A DNA stretch of 64,000 bases from Microcoleus sp. (lineage in GTDB: Bacteria; Cyanobacteriota; Cyanobacteriia; Cyanobacteriales; Microcoleaceae): the NCBI GenBank assembly GCA_052279835.1, contig CP181291.1, forward strand, positions 4,992,001 through 5,056,000, read 5' to 3'. Positions 51,333 to 59,947 of this stretch are shown here, in pieces (the stretch's first letter is position 1; every line of letters starts with the position of its first letter). The translations under genes were made by a program, and so were the position numbers. Below the pieces are notes generated by a model. It worked only from the letters and a program-made list of their open reading frames with translations. It did no database searches and had not been told where the DNA came from.

Positions 51333-52487
51333 ATGTTTCGTAAAACACCCCTTGCATGGTTGCAAGTAACCAGAGAAAAAACCCGCCTTGCAGTTGCCAT
51401 TGCCGGCATTGCCTTTGCAGATATCCTAATCTTCGTGCAACTAGGATTCCGAGATGCACTTTTCGATTCTGCCATCAAACCGCACCAAAGTTTACAAACA
51501 GACTTAGTGTTAATCAATCCTCAATTTGAAACATTTGCTGCGGTAAAAAGTTTCAAAAGAGATAGATTATACCAAGCCCAAGGATTTGAAGGAGTCAAAT
51601 CTGTAACTTCTTTGCATATTGATATTGGGCGGTGGCGAAATCCCACCAATCGCACTACGAGAGCGATTTTAATTTTTGGAGTAGATCCGGGAAACATCAC
51701 ATTTAATTTGCCCGATGTCAACAAACAATTGCATCAAATTCAAATGTTTAATCATGCCTTATTCGACCAATCTTCGAGACCAGAATATGGCGATATTGCC
51801 CAAATTATCCAGAAAGAATCCAGCCTTGAAACTGAACTAAACAAACGCAACATTCAAGTATCGGGTTTATTTACCCTCGGCACTTCTTTCACGGCTGATG
51901 GGAATGTCATAGTCAGTGACTCCACCTTCATGAACTTATTTCCCGAAAGGAAACCAGATGAAATGGATGTGGGTTTAATCACTCTTAAACCCGGTGCAGA
52001 TATCAAAAAAGTCCAGTCTCTACTCCAAACTACTTTACCCAATGATGTTAAAGTTTTAACCTTGGCAGAATTTGCGGAAATCGAGAAAGCTTACTGGGCA
52101 AATGCTACCCCCATTGGCTTTATTTTTGGATTTGGTACAATCATCGGATTTATTGTGGGTCTAATTATTGTTTACCAAATTCTTTACTCCGATGTTTCCG
52201 ACCACTTAGCAGAATATGCTACTTTAAAAGCAATGGGATATAGCGATCGCTATTTAGTAGGAGTCTTAATTCAAGAAGCTCTACTATTAGCATTTTTAGG
52301 TTTTATGCCAGGAATTGCGATCGCGAATGGAATGTATTCTCTCGCACAATCTGCCACTTTATTACCAATTATAATGACCACAAACCGAGCAGTAGTAGTG
52401 TTAGGTTTGACGATTGTGATGTGTACAGGTTCCGGTGCGATCGCCCTTCGGAAACTTCAATCAGCAGACCCCGCAGACATCTTTTAA
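51333..52487 (+). CDS. devC: DevC-family ABC transporter permease
   Basis: TPLAWLQ, AGIAFADILIFVQLGF, YQILYSDVSDHLAEYATLKAMGY and ADPADIF motifs. Confidence 0.93.
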   Translation: MFRKTPLAWLQVTREKTRLAVAIAGIAFADILIFVQLGFRDALFDSAIKPHQSLQTDLVLINPQFETFAAVKSFKRDRLYQAQGFEGVKSVTSLHIDIGRWRNPTNRTTRAILIFGVDPGNITFNLPDVNKQLHQIQMFNHALFDQSSRPEYGDIAQIIQKESSLETELNKRNIQVSGLFTLGTSFTADGNVIVSDSTFMNLFPERKPDEMDVGLITLKPGADIKKVQSLLQTTLPNDVKVLTLAEFAEIEKAYWANATPIGFIFGFGTIIGFIVGLIIVYQILYSDVSDHLAEYATLKAMGYSDRYLVGVLIQEALLLAFLGFMPGIAIANGMYSLAQSATLLPIIMTTNRAVVVLGLTIVMCTGSGAIALRKLQSADPADIF

Positions 52488-52527
52488 TCAGCGCTAATTT
52501 TCGGTAAATTTTGACCCAAAAATCCCC

Positions 52528-53253
52528 ATGGAAACCCTAAATCTCCCTGCTGAAACAACCACAATAACCGAACCAGTAATTTCCGTCAAAAACCTCAATC
52601 ACTACTTCGGCCAAGGGTCCCTCAAAAAACAAGCCTTATTTGACATAAATCTGGATATCAACCCAGGAGAAATAGTAATTATGACGGGGCCCTCCGGTTC
52701 CGGGAAAACAACGTTATTAACCATGTTAGGAGGCTTGCGTTCTGCCCAGGAAGGGAGTCTCAAAATTCTGGGACAAGAAATAGTCTCGGCTAGCAAACAT
52801 CAATTAACCAAACTGAGAAAGCAAATTGGGTATATTTTTCAAGCACACAATCTGATGACATTTTTGACAGCCAAGCAAAACGTGCGAATGTCTTTGGAAT
52901 TGCATAAAGAAATGCTAAATCAGAATATGGATGCTTTGTCCATAGCAATGTTAGAAGCAGTGGGTTTGGGAGAGAGGGCTAATTATTACCCCGAAAATTT
53001 GTCAGGAGGACAGAAACAAAGAGTAGCGATCGCCCGTGCGTTAGTCAGCCATCCTAAAATAGTATTAGCCGATGAACCCACTGCTGCTTTAGACAAAAAA
53101 TCCGGGCGAGATGTGGTAGAAATTATGCAGAAACTAGCCAAAGAACAAGGTTGCACGATTTTGCTTGTCACCCACGACAATCGTATTTTGGATATTGCCG
53201 ATCGCATTATTTACATGGAAGACGGGCATTTAGTCACAAATCTGGCAGATTAA
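52528..53253 (+). CDS. devA: DevA-family ABC transporter ATP-binding protein
   Basis: GPSGSGKTT, LSGGQKQR, LADEPT and VTHDNRI motifs. Confidence 0.93.
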   Translation: METLNLPAETTTITEPVISVKNLNHYFGQGSLKKQALFDINLDINPGEIVIMTGPSGSGKTTLLTMLGGLRSAQEGSLKILGQEIVSASKHQLTKLRKQIGYIFQAHNLMTFLTAKQNVRMSLELHKEMLNQNMDALSIAMLEAVGLGERANYYPENLSGGQKQRVAIARALVSHPKIVLADEPTAALDKKSGRDVVEIMQKLAKEQGCTILLVTHDNRILDIADRIIYMEDGHLVTNLAD

Positions 53254-53280
53254 AGTCATGAACCTGGAATGCCTGCTGTA

Positions 53281-54846
53281 TCATCTCTCGTACCAACTTT
53301 GCAGCGCCAAACGATGAACTTCCCGCCAGCTAATATTGTTAAGTCGGGCAATTTCTGCACAATCTTCGTATTCCGGCTGCACATTAGTAATCATTTCTCC
53401 ACTCTTGGCAACTTTGATGTGTACTGGACCGTACTTGGTTTGAACTTTCTGGATTTCTCGGTGCAAAATAGTTCTGTGTTGAGTCGATCGCCTAATTCCC
53501 AAAGTAGTAGTTTCGCGAAAGATGACTGTTTCGCAAGCAGCCTGATGTTCGGGATGACAAATCACAGTTAACAACACCCCCAGCCGCGACTTTTTCATCA
53601 CAATTGGTTGAGTAAAAACATCCAGAGCACCGCAGACAAACAAAGCATCAAAAACATAGGCGATCGCCTGGGGACTCAAATCATCAATTTGGGTTTCCAA
53701 TACCATAATAGTTTCTTGGCAATTGGAACTGGGAAATGGGGAATCTGCGACTTTCCCCCCTTGGCGGGTGAATGGGAGGGTTGACTTATCCCCTGCAATT
53801 TTCCCCCCTTGGGGGGGGTAGGGGGGGGTTGACTTCTCCCCTGCAATTTTCCCCCCTTGGCGGGTGAATGGGAGGGTTGACTTATCCCCTGCAATTTTCC
53901 CCCCTTGGGGGGGGTAGGGGGGGGTTGACTTATCCCCTGCAATTTTCCCCCCTTGGGGGGGGTAGGGGGGGGTTGACTTCTCCCCAATCCAGAGACGCAA
54001 AATATTAGGAATTACCAGCATTCTAGAACCGGCACCCAATCCGATCGCCTGAATTTGCATAGATGGCGGCGGGCCAAACCCAGAAGCCAGAGTACAGGCG
54101 ATCGCAGTCCCCGTTGGCGTACACAATTCGCGATCGATCCCATTGCTATAAACGGGCACTTGGTGCATTTCCCACAAGCGCATCACCGCCGGTGTCGGCA
54201 CCACCAATCTGCCGTGGGCTGCTTTCACCGTACCGCCCCCAGTGGGCATTGCCGAAAAGTAACACTCATCAATATCCAACCAATCCAAACCCAAACAAGT
54301 ACCGATAATATCCACCAGTGCATCCGTAGCGCCCACTTCGTGAAAGTACACCTCCTCTGGGGAGATACCGTGGACGGCACCTTCAGCCTCTGCCAATTTC
54401 CGAAATACGGCCAAACTCCAGGCTTCCACGCGCGCCGGCAACTTAGCTGAGAGGATGATGCGCTCAATTTCTGGCAAGTGGCGATGGGGAGAGTGGCTAG
54501 TTTCGGCATCATCTTGGTGATGGTGAGAATGTTCGTCACCATGGTGATGATGGTGGTGAGTGCGATCGAATGTGGGGGATTCGGTTTCCGAGGGATCGAG
54601 GGTAGAGTCAGCAGCCAGATTTTGAGCTTTTTTCGGCAAATCCGCAATCAAATCCACATGAAATTTAGTTGCTTGTTGAGTATTGCGATGGACTAATTCG
54701 GTACGCAGTTGATACTCTGTCGAAATTCCCAGTAAATTTAATTTTTCGATTAGGTACTCCAAAGGTACGCCGGCATGGACGAGGGCTCCCAGACACATAT
54801 CGCCAGCAATACCAGTTGGGCATTCAAAATAAGCTATTTTATTCAT
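53281..54846 (-). CDS. larC: Nickel pincer cofactor biosynthesis protein LarC (with in-frame repeat insertion)
   Basis: GIAGDMCLGAL, His-rich tract, FHEVGATD, TPTG, ETQIDD, MKKSR, ETTTLGIR and PEYEDC motifs. Confidence 0.93.
   Translation of the reverse strand: MNKIAYFECPTGIAGDMCLGALVHAGVPLEYLIEKLNLLGISTEYQLRTELVHRNTQQATKFHVDLIADLPKKAQNLAADSTLDPSETESPTFDRTHHHHHHGDEHSHHHQDDAETSHSPHRHLPEIERIILSAKLPARVEAWSLAVFRKLAEAEGAVHGISPEEVYFHEVGATDALVDIIGTCLGLDWLDIDECYFSAMPTGGGTVKAAHGRLVVPTPAVMRLWEMHQVPVYSNGIDRELCTPTGTAIACTLASGFGPPPSMQIQAIGLGAGSRMLVIPNILRLWIGEKSTPPYPPQGGKIAGDKSTPPYPPQGGKIAGDKSTLPFTRQGGKIAGEKSTPPYPPQGGKIAGDKSTLPFTRQGGKVADSPFPSSNCQETIMVLETQIDDLSPQAIAYVFDALFVCGALDVFTQPIVMKKSRLGVLLTVICHPEHQAACETVIFRETTTLGIRRSTQHRTILHREIQKVQTKYGPVHIKVAKSGEMITNVQPEYEDCAEIARLNNISWREVHRLALQSWYER
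53746..53985 (-). repeat. Five 48-bp tandem units in larC (two variants)
   Basis: Units encode KSTPPYPPQGGKIAG(D/E) and KSTLPFTRQGGK; order A-A-B-A-B. Confidence 0.92.
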
Positions 54847-54921
54847 TATTAACAATTAATTTTCATCATTGATTGTTTCAGCGGATATTTCCATCGCCCA
54901 ATTAGCCTGCAATATCATAAC

Positions 54922-55590
54922 ATGGCAATTATTTACGAAGTGCATCCAGTTACACCCCAAAAAGACCGAATCGAGAAGATTAAAGCTTCCCTAAAAGCTG
55001 GGGCCGTAATGCTTTATCCGACTGATACGGTTTATGCGATCGGCTGCGATATCAATGCTAAATCTGCGGTAGAACGAGTCCGGCAGATCAAGCAACTCTC
55101 TAATGATAAACCTTTAACGTTCCTCTGTTCTTCTCTGTCAAATATTGCCGAGTATGCCATTGTCACCAACGAAGCTTACAGGATTATCAAGCGATTAATT
55201 CCTGGACCTTATACGTTTGTGTTGCCAGCTACCAAGTTAGTGCCCCGGTTGGTGATGAACCCAAAACGCAAAACTACGGGCATTCGCGTGCCCGATCGCC
55301 CAATTTGTTTTACACTGTTGGAAGCCTTGGGAAATCCTATTATTTCCACATCCGCTCACATGACTACCGATGATGACGAAGGTGAAGCACCATCAGCCAC
55401 CAGCAAAACACAAAACTTTGGCAAAGCTGAACTATTTGACTGTTTGGAAAAATTGGTAGATATTATTGTTGATGACGGTTCCGATCCTGGATATCAAGTA
55501 TCTACCATCATAGATTTAACAGACAAAGAACCGGTGATTGTTCGTCGCGGTTTGGGATGGGAAGCTGCGGCTCCTTGGGCAGAGCCATAG
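54922..55590 (+). CDS. Sua5/YrdC/YciO family protein (YciO-like)
   Basis: YPTDTVYAIGC, PGPYTFVL, GIRVPD and ISTSA motifs. Confidence 0.92.
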   Translation: MAIIYEVHPVTPQKDRIEKIKASLKAGAVMLYPTDTVYAIGCDINAKSAVERVRQIKQLSNDKPLTFLCSSLSNIAEYAIVTNEAYRIIKRLIPGPYTFVLPATKLVPRLVMNPKRKTTGIRVPDRPICFTLLEALGNPIISTSAHMTTDDDEGEAPSATSKTQNFGKAELFDCLEKLVDIIVDDGSDPGYQVSTIIDLTDKEPVIVRRGLGWEAAAPWAEP

Positions 55591-55697
55591 TATAGCAGGA
55601 ACTCCCGCCTGTTTTAGCTTTGAAAATACAAGAAAACTAACTCTTGGTGGAACAGGCTGGATGGCCTGTTCTCTCAAGAAATTAACTCAAAACTTCC

Positions 55698-55982
55698 TTA
55701 AGCTTCTACCTTAACTCCTTTCCAAAAAGCAATGTAGCCTTCAATATTTTTAGCAGCATCTTTCGGAGTAGGATAATACCAAGCGGCATCTTTATTAACT
55801 TGTCCACCCACTTCAATACTGTAATAACTAGCGACACCTTTCCAACCGCAAGTAGTGTGGGTGCTGCTGTCCTTAAAATATTCACGTTTGATGGCATCTG
55901 GCGGGAAATAAAGATTGTTTTCTACGACTTCGCACTTGTCGCTCTCGGCCAAAACGGCACCATTCCAAATAGCTTTCGGCAT
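55698..55982 (-). CDS. DUF427 domain protein
   Basis: AIWNGAVLAES, YFPPD, CGWKGVASYY, AAWYYP and IAFWKGV motifs. Confidence 0.93.
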   Translation of the reverse strand: MPKAIWNGAVLAESDKCEVVENNLYFPPDAIKREYFKDSSTHTTCGWKGVASYYSIEVGGQVNKDAAWYYPTPKDAAKNIEGYIAFWKGVKVEA

Positions 55983-56079
55983 CGGTTTCTCTGGTTAAAT
56001 TAAGAATTTTAATTATTGTAACTGTATTTGTACTCAAAAAGCATAGAATAATGTAGAACTCACAAACCAACTACTGCAA

Positions 56080-58275
56080 ATGTCAGGGTCGAATCTGCCC
56101 ACATCTCCTGTCCCACCCTCCCTCGAACAAGCTCTGAAACATTTCTTTGGCTATGACTCCTTCCGTGCGGGACAACGGGAAATTGTCGAAGCTGCTCTCC
56201 AAAAACGAGATCAGATGATTGTGATGCCGACAGGGGGTGGCAAGTCTTTGTGTTTTCAATTGCCAGCCCTATTGAAACCGGGTTTAAGTGTAGTTGTTTC
56301 CCCCTTAATTGCTTTGATGCAAGACCAGGTGGAAGCTTTGGTAGATAATGGAATTGGGGCGACTTTTCTCAATAGCACTTTGAATTCTCAGGAAGTGCGA
56401 TCGCGCGAAACTGCAATTCTCCAAGGTAAAATTAAACTGCTCTACGTTGCTCCAGAACGCTTGCTGGGGGAGAGATTTTTGCCATTCTTAGATATAGTAG
56501 CAGCTAAGTTGGGAATTTCGGCCTTTGCGATCGACGAAGCCCACTGCGTTTCCGAATGGGGGCACGATTTTCGTCCCGAATATCGACAAATGGAACGAGT
56601 GCGCGATCGCTACCCAGACATCCCCATTATGGCACTAACTGCCACCGCCACCGAGCGCGTCCGCCAAGACATTATCCAGCAGTTAACCCTGCGCAATCCT
56701 TACATCCACGTCGCCAGTTTCAATCGCCCCAATTTATACTACGAAGTTAGGTCCAAAAACAAGCACAGTTTTGCCGAAGTTTTGCAAATAATCCAAAAAA
56801 AAGGCGGTTCGGGAATTATCTACTGTCTCAGCCGCAAAAAAGTAGAAGAAGTTGCCTATAAATTGCAACAAAGTGGCATCCCAGCTTTACCCTATCACGC
56901 TGGCATGAACGATAGCGATCGCACAACCAACCAAACCCGCTTCATTCGTGACGACGTACAAGTAATGGTAGCCACAGTTGCCTTCGGCATGGGAATCAAC
57001 AAACCCGATGTCCGATTTGTCATTCACTACGACTTACCCAAAAATCTCGAAGGATACTATCAAGAATCAGGTCGAGCAGGCAGAGACAACGAACCATCCC
57101 ATTGTACCCTATTTTTTGGATTCGGTGATGTCAAAACCATCGAATATATCATCGATCAAAAACCCGATGAACAAGAACAGCGCATAGCCCGCCAACAATT
57201 GCGAAGAGTCATCAACTACGCTCAATCAACCGATTGTCGTCGCACAATTCAGCTAAGTTATTTTGGCGACTCCTTCCCCGGAAATTGTGGAAATTGCGAT
57301 AACTGTTGCCACCAAAAACCCGTAGAAGACTGCACAATAGAAGCCATGAAATTTCTTTCCTGCGTGGCTAGATGCAAAGAAAAATTTGGCATGAATCACA
57401 TCATAGACGTGTTGCGTGGCTCTAAAAATCAAAAAGTATTGCAATACCAACACAACCAACTTTCTACCTATGGCATCGGCAAAGATAGAAGTGCAGAAGA
57501 TTGGAAAAACTTAGTGCGATCGCTTTTACACCAAGGATTGCTAGATGAAACAACCGACGGCTTCCCAATTTTGAAACTCAACGAGAAAAGTTGGGAAGTG
57601 ATGAAACGTCAGCGCACAGTAGAAATCGCCATTCAACCCAAACGCGAAGTACAAGCAACAAATCGCTCTTTAGCCGTAGAAGTAGAAAGCTTATTTGCCA
57701 TATTACGGGCGCTGCGCAAACAAATTGCCGACGAACAATTCGTACCACCCTATGTCATCTTTGCCGATAAAAGCTTGCGAGACATGGCAGAAAAACGCCC
57801 CCAAAACCTCACAGAATTCGTAGAAGTTTACGGAGTTGGTAGCAACAAGCGAGATAAGTACGGTCAAGTTTTCTTGGAAGCGATTCGGACTTTTTGTAAA
57901 GAAAAAGGCTTACCAACAGGTGCAGCACCTTCTGTTGTAGCTCAAACTTCTAATGCTGGGAATATACCTTCTTATACACAGATGCAAACCTGGGAATTGC
58001 ACAGAAAAGGTTTAACAGTTGAAGGCATAGCAGAAATCAGAGGCATGAGTCCTACTACGATTGTTGGGCACTTAGTAGAATTAATAGATATGGATCAAAA
58101 AGTCGATATTCATTTGTTAGTGGAACCAGAAAGACAGCAACCAATTGTGCAAGCAATTGAGATAATTGGGGATGAAAGATTGAAAGCAATCTATGACTTT
58201 TTGCAAGAAGCTTATAGCTTTGAGGAGATTAAATTAGTGCGTGCTTGGTGGCGGCAAAATTACGTGGGTTTTTGA
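56080..58275 (+). CDS. recQ: ATP-dependent DNA helicase RecQ (RQC, HRDC, C-terminal HTH)
   Basis: MPTGGGKSLC, IDEAHCVSEWGHDFRPEY, TATAT, QESGRAGRD, CGNCDNC and VPPYVIF motifs. Confidence 0.98.
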   Translation: MSGSNLPTSPVPPSLEQALKHFFGYDSFRAGQREIVEAALQKRDQMIVMPTGGGKSLCFQLPALLKPGLSVVVSPLIALMQDQVEALVDNGIGATFLNSTLNSQEVRSRETAILQGKIKLLYVAPERLLGERFLPFLDIVAAKLGISAFAIDEAHCVSEWGHDFRPEYRQMERVRDRYPDIPIMALTATATERVRQDIIQQLTLRNPYIHVASFNRPNLYYEVRSKNKHSFAEVLQIIQKKGGSGIIYCLSRKKVEEVAYKLQQSGIPALPYHAGMNDSDRTTNQTRFIRDDVQVMVATVAFGMGINKPDVRFVIHYDLPKNLEGYYQESGRAGRDNEPSHCTLFFGFGDVKTIEYIIDQKPDEQEQRIARQQLRRVINYAQSTDCRRTIQLSYFGDSFPGNCGNCDNCCHQKPVEDCTIEAMKFLSCVARCKEKFGMNHIIDVLRGSKNQKVLQYQHNQLSTYGIGKDRSAEDWKNLVRSLLHQGLLDETTDGFPILKLNEKSWEVMKRQRTVEIAIQPKREVQATNRSLAVEVESLFAILRALRKQIADEQFVPPYVIFADKSLRDMAEKRPQNLTEFVEVYGVGSNKRDKYGQVFLEAIRTFCKEKGLPTGAAPSVVAQTSNAGNIPSYTQMQTWELHRKGLTVEGIAEIRGMSPTTIVGHLVELIDMDQKVDIHLLVEPERQQPIVQAIEIIGDERLKAIYDFLQEAYSFEEIKLVRAWWRQNYVGF

Positions 58276-58462
58276 TATAATGTCTGGTTGTATACAATGG
58301 TATTTTGTTCAAAATGTTAGATTGCGATGTGGCGCAGTCCGACGAGGGTTAAAACCCCCGTCTCATAGCTGAAGTCCTCCTCAGAAACTTATCCCAAATC
58401 CTAGTTGAAAACTCTCATCTCAAGAGAGGGGGAGAGGGGGAGATTGGGGGAGGGGGAGAGAG

Positions 58463-58511
58463 TTTCTTTTATTCATAACAGGCGTCGCACGCCCCTTATG
58501 AATAAAAGAAA
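58463..58511. repeat. Long hairpin
   Basis: TTTCTTTTATTCATAA-17 nt-TTATGAATAAAAGAAA is a perfect 16-bp stem. Confidence 0.7.
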
Positions 58512-58645
58512 CCATTTCGCTCGCCTAAAAGTTGCTAGCGATCGGATATATTATTCCTGTGTCCCGAGAGTCAGACCGACAAGTCAATGGTGCTTAGAAG
58601 AGCCTGATTTAGAGCATGGTCGTGGGCATGATGATTATGACATTG

Positions 58646-58694
58646 TTGACACTCGCCCGTCCTAGAAGGACGGGGCTTGAATCCCATTTTTTTC
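58646..58694 (-). mobile_element. 49-bp miniature IS200/IS605 derivative (left end fused to right end)
   Basis: The minus strand reads TTGAC|GAAAAAAATGGGATTCAAGCCCCGTCCTTCTAGGACGGGCGAGTGTCAA, matching both ends of the element at 12184-13499. Confidence 0.85.
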
Positions 58695-58769
58695 GTCAAG
58701 GGTAATTTTACCTGATCCCGTTGAGGAGAATATAACATCACATCTGCCCACCGCTTGGGACACCTTCTA

Positions 58770-59945
58770 ATTCGATCGCCCATCCACAAAAAAACCCGAT
58801 CGCCCATCAATCCAAAAATGCGATCGCCCATCAATCGAAAAACCGAAAAACCCCGGCGGTTGAAACCGCGGCTACACAAACAAAACCCGGATGGTGCGCG
58901 GGTTGAAGATTTCACGCGATGATTTTGAATCTCCGAATACCCTCTTCGTCGGCGTCCGGCGGACATGGTTTGTGTAGACGCGGTTTCTAACCGCCGGGGT
59001 TTCTAACCGCCGAGGATTTGAAATTCGATCGCACATTTCTCCCAAATTTGATCGCCCATCCACAAAAAACCCGATCGCCCCTCAATCCAAAAATGCAATC
59101 GCCCATCCATCCAAAAATGCGATCGCCCATCCATCGAAAAATCCCATCGCCCATCCATCGAAAAACCGAAAAACCCCGGCGGTTGAAACCGCGGCTACAC
59201 AAACAAAACCCGGATGGTGCGCGGGTTGAAGATATCACGCGATGATTTTGAATCTCCGAATACCCTCTTCGTCGGCGTCCGGCGGACATGGTTTGTGTAG
59301 ACGCGGTTTCTAACCGCCGGGATTTCCAACCGCCGAGGATTTCAAATTCGATCGCACATTTCTCCCAAATTCGATCGCCCATCCACAAAAAACCCGATCG
59401 CCCATCCATCGAAAAATGCGATCGCACCTTTCTCTCAAATTCGATCGCCCTGAAACCGACCGAAAATTTGTCTGCTTTGTGGCACAGTCCGCCGGGGGTT
59501 GAAACCCCCGTCTCATAGCGAAAGTCGGTTGAAACCGACTGAAAATTCGCCTCAAACCGATACACATCAACTAATTCTTCAGTCCTCTTTTAGAGGACTT
59601 TCGCTATGAGACAGGGGTTTCAACCCCTGGCGGACTCGGCGACGAACCAACTAGCCCCTGGCGCCGACTAACTAACGGACTCACAAATCAAATTCGATCG
59701 CCCCTCCACAAAAAACCCGATCGCACATCCACCAAAAAACCCGATCGCCCCCATCCACCAAAAAACCCGATCGCCCATCAATCCAAAAATGCGATCGCCC
59801 ATCCATCGAAAAAACCCGATCGCCCATCAACCCAAAAATGCGATCGCCCATCCACCAAAAACCCGATCGCGGGGCCTCAGAAACCGGGTTTTTTCCGAAA
59901 TACTTCGCTACAACCCACAGATTCGGACAAAAACCCGGTTTCTTG
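58770..59945. repeat. Large repeat desert: HIP1-like 21-22 bp tandem units, a ~220-bp palindromic unit duplicated at 323-bp period, and a MITE-like element at ~59487-59635
   Basis: (CGATCGCCCATCCA..AAAA)n. CCCCGGCGGTTGAAACCGCGG...CGCGGTTTCTAACCGCCGG occurs twice. GGGGTTGAAACCCCCGTCTCATAGCGAAAGTC...GACTTTCGCTATGAGACAGGGGTTTCAACCCC, with a partial copy at about 58346-58380. Confidence 0.88.
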
Positions 59946-59947
59946 GA

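Noticed and set aside
58405..59570. ORFs 58405-58665, 58571-58966, 58987-59565 and neighbours
   Set aside because: They are translations of repeat DNA (recurrent MGDR/RSPIH) with no recognisable domain.
58770..59870. Regularly recurring CGATCGCCCATC units as a possible CRISPR array
   Set aside because: The units are degenerate 21-22-bp tandem repeats without unique spacers, and there are no cas genes in the window.
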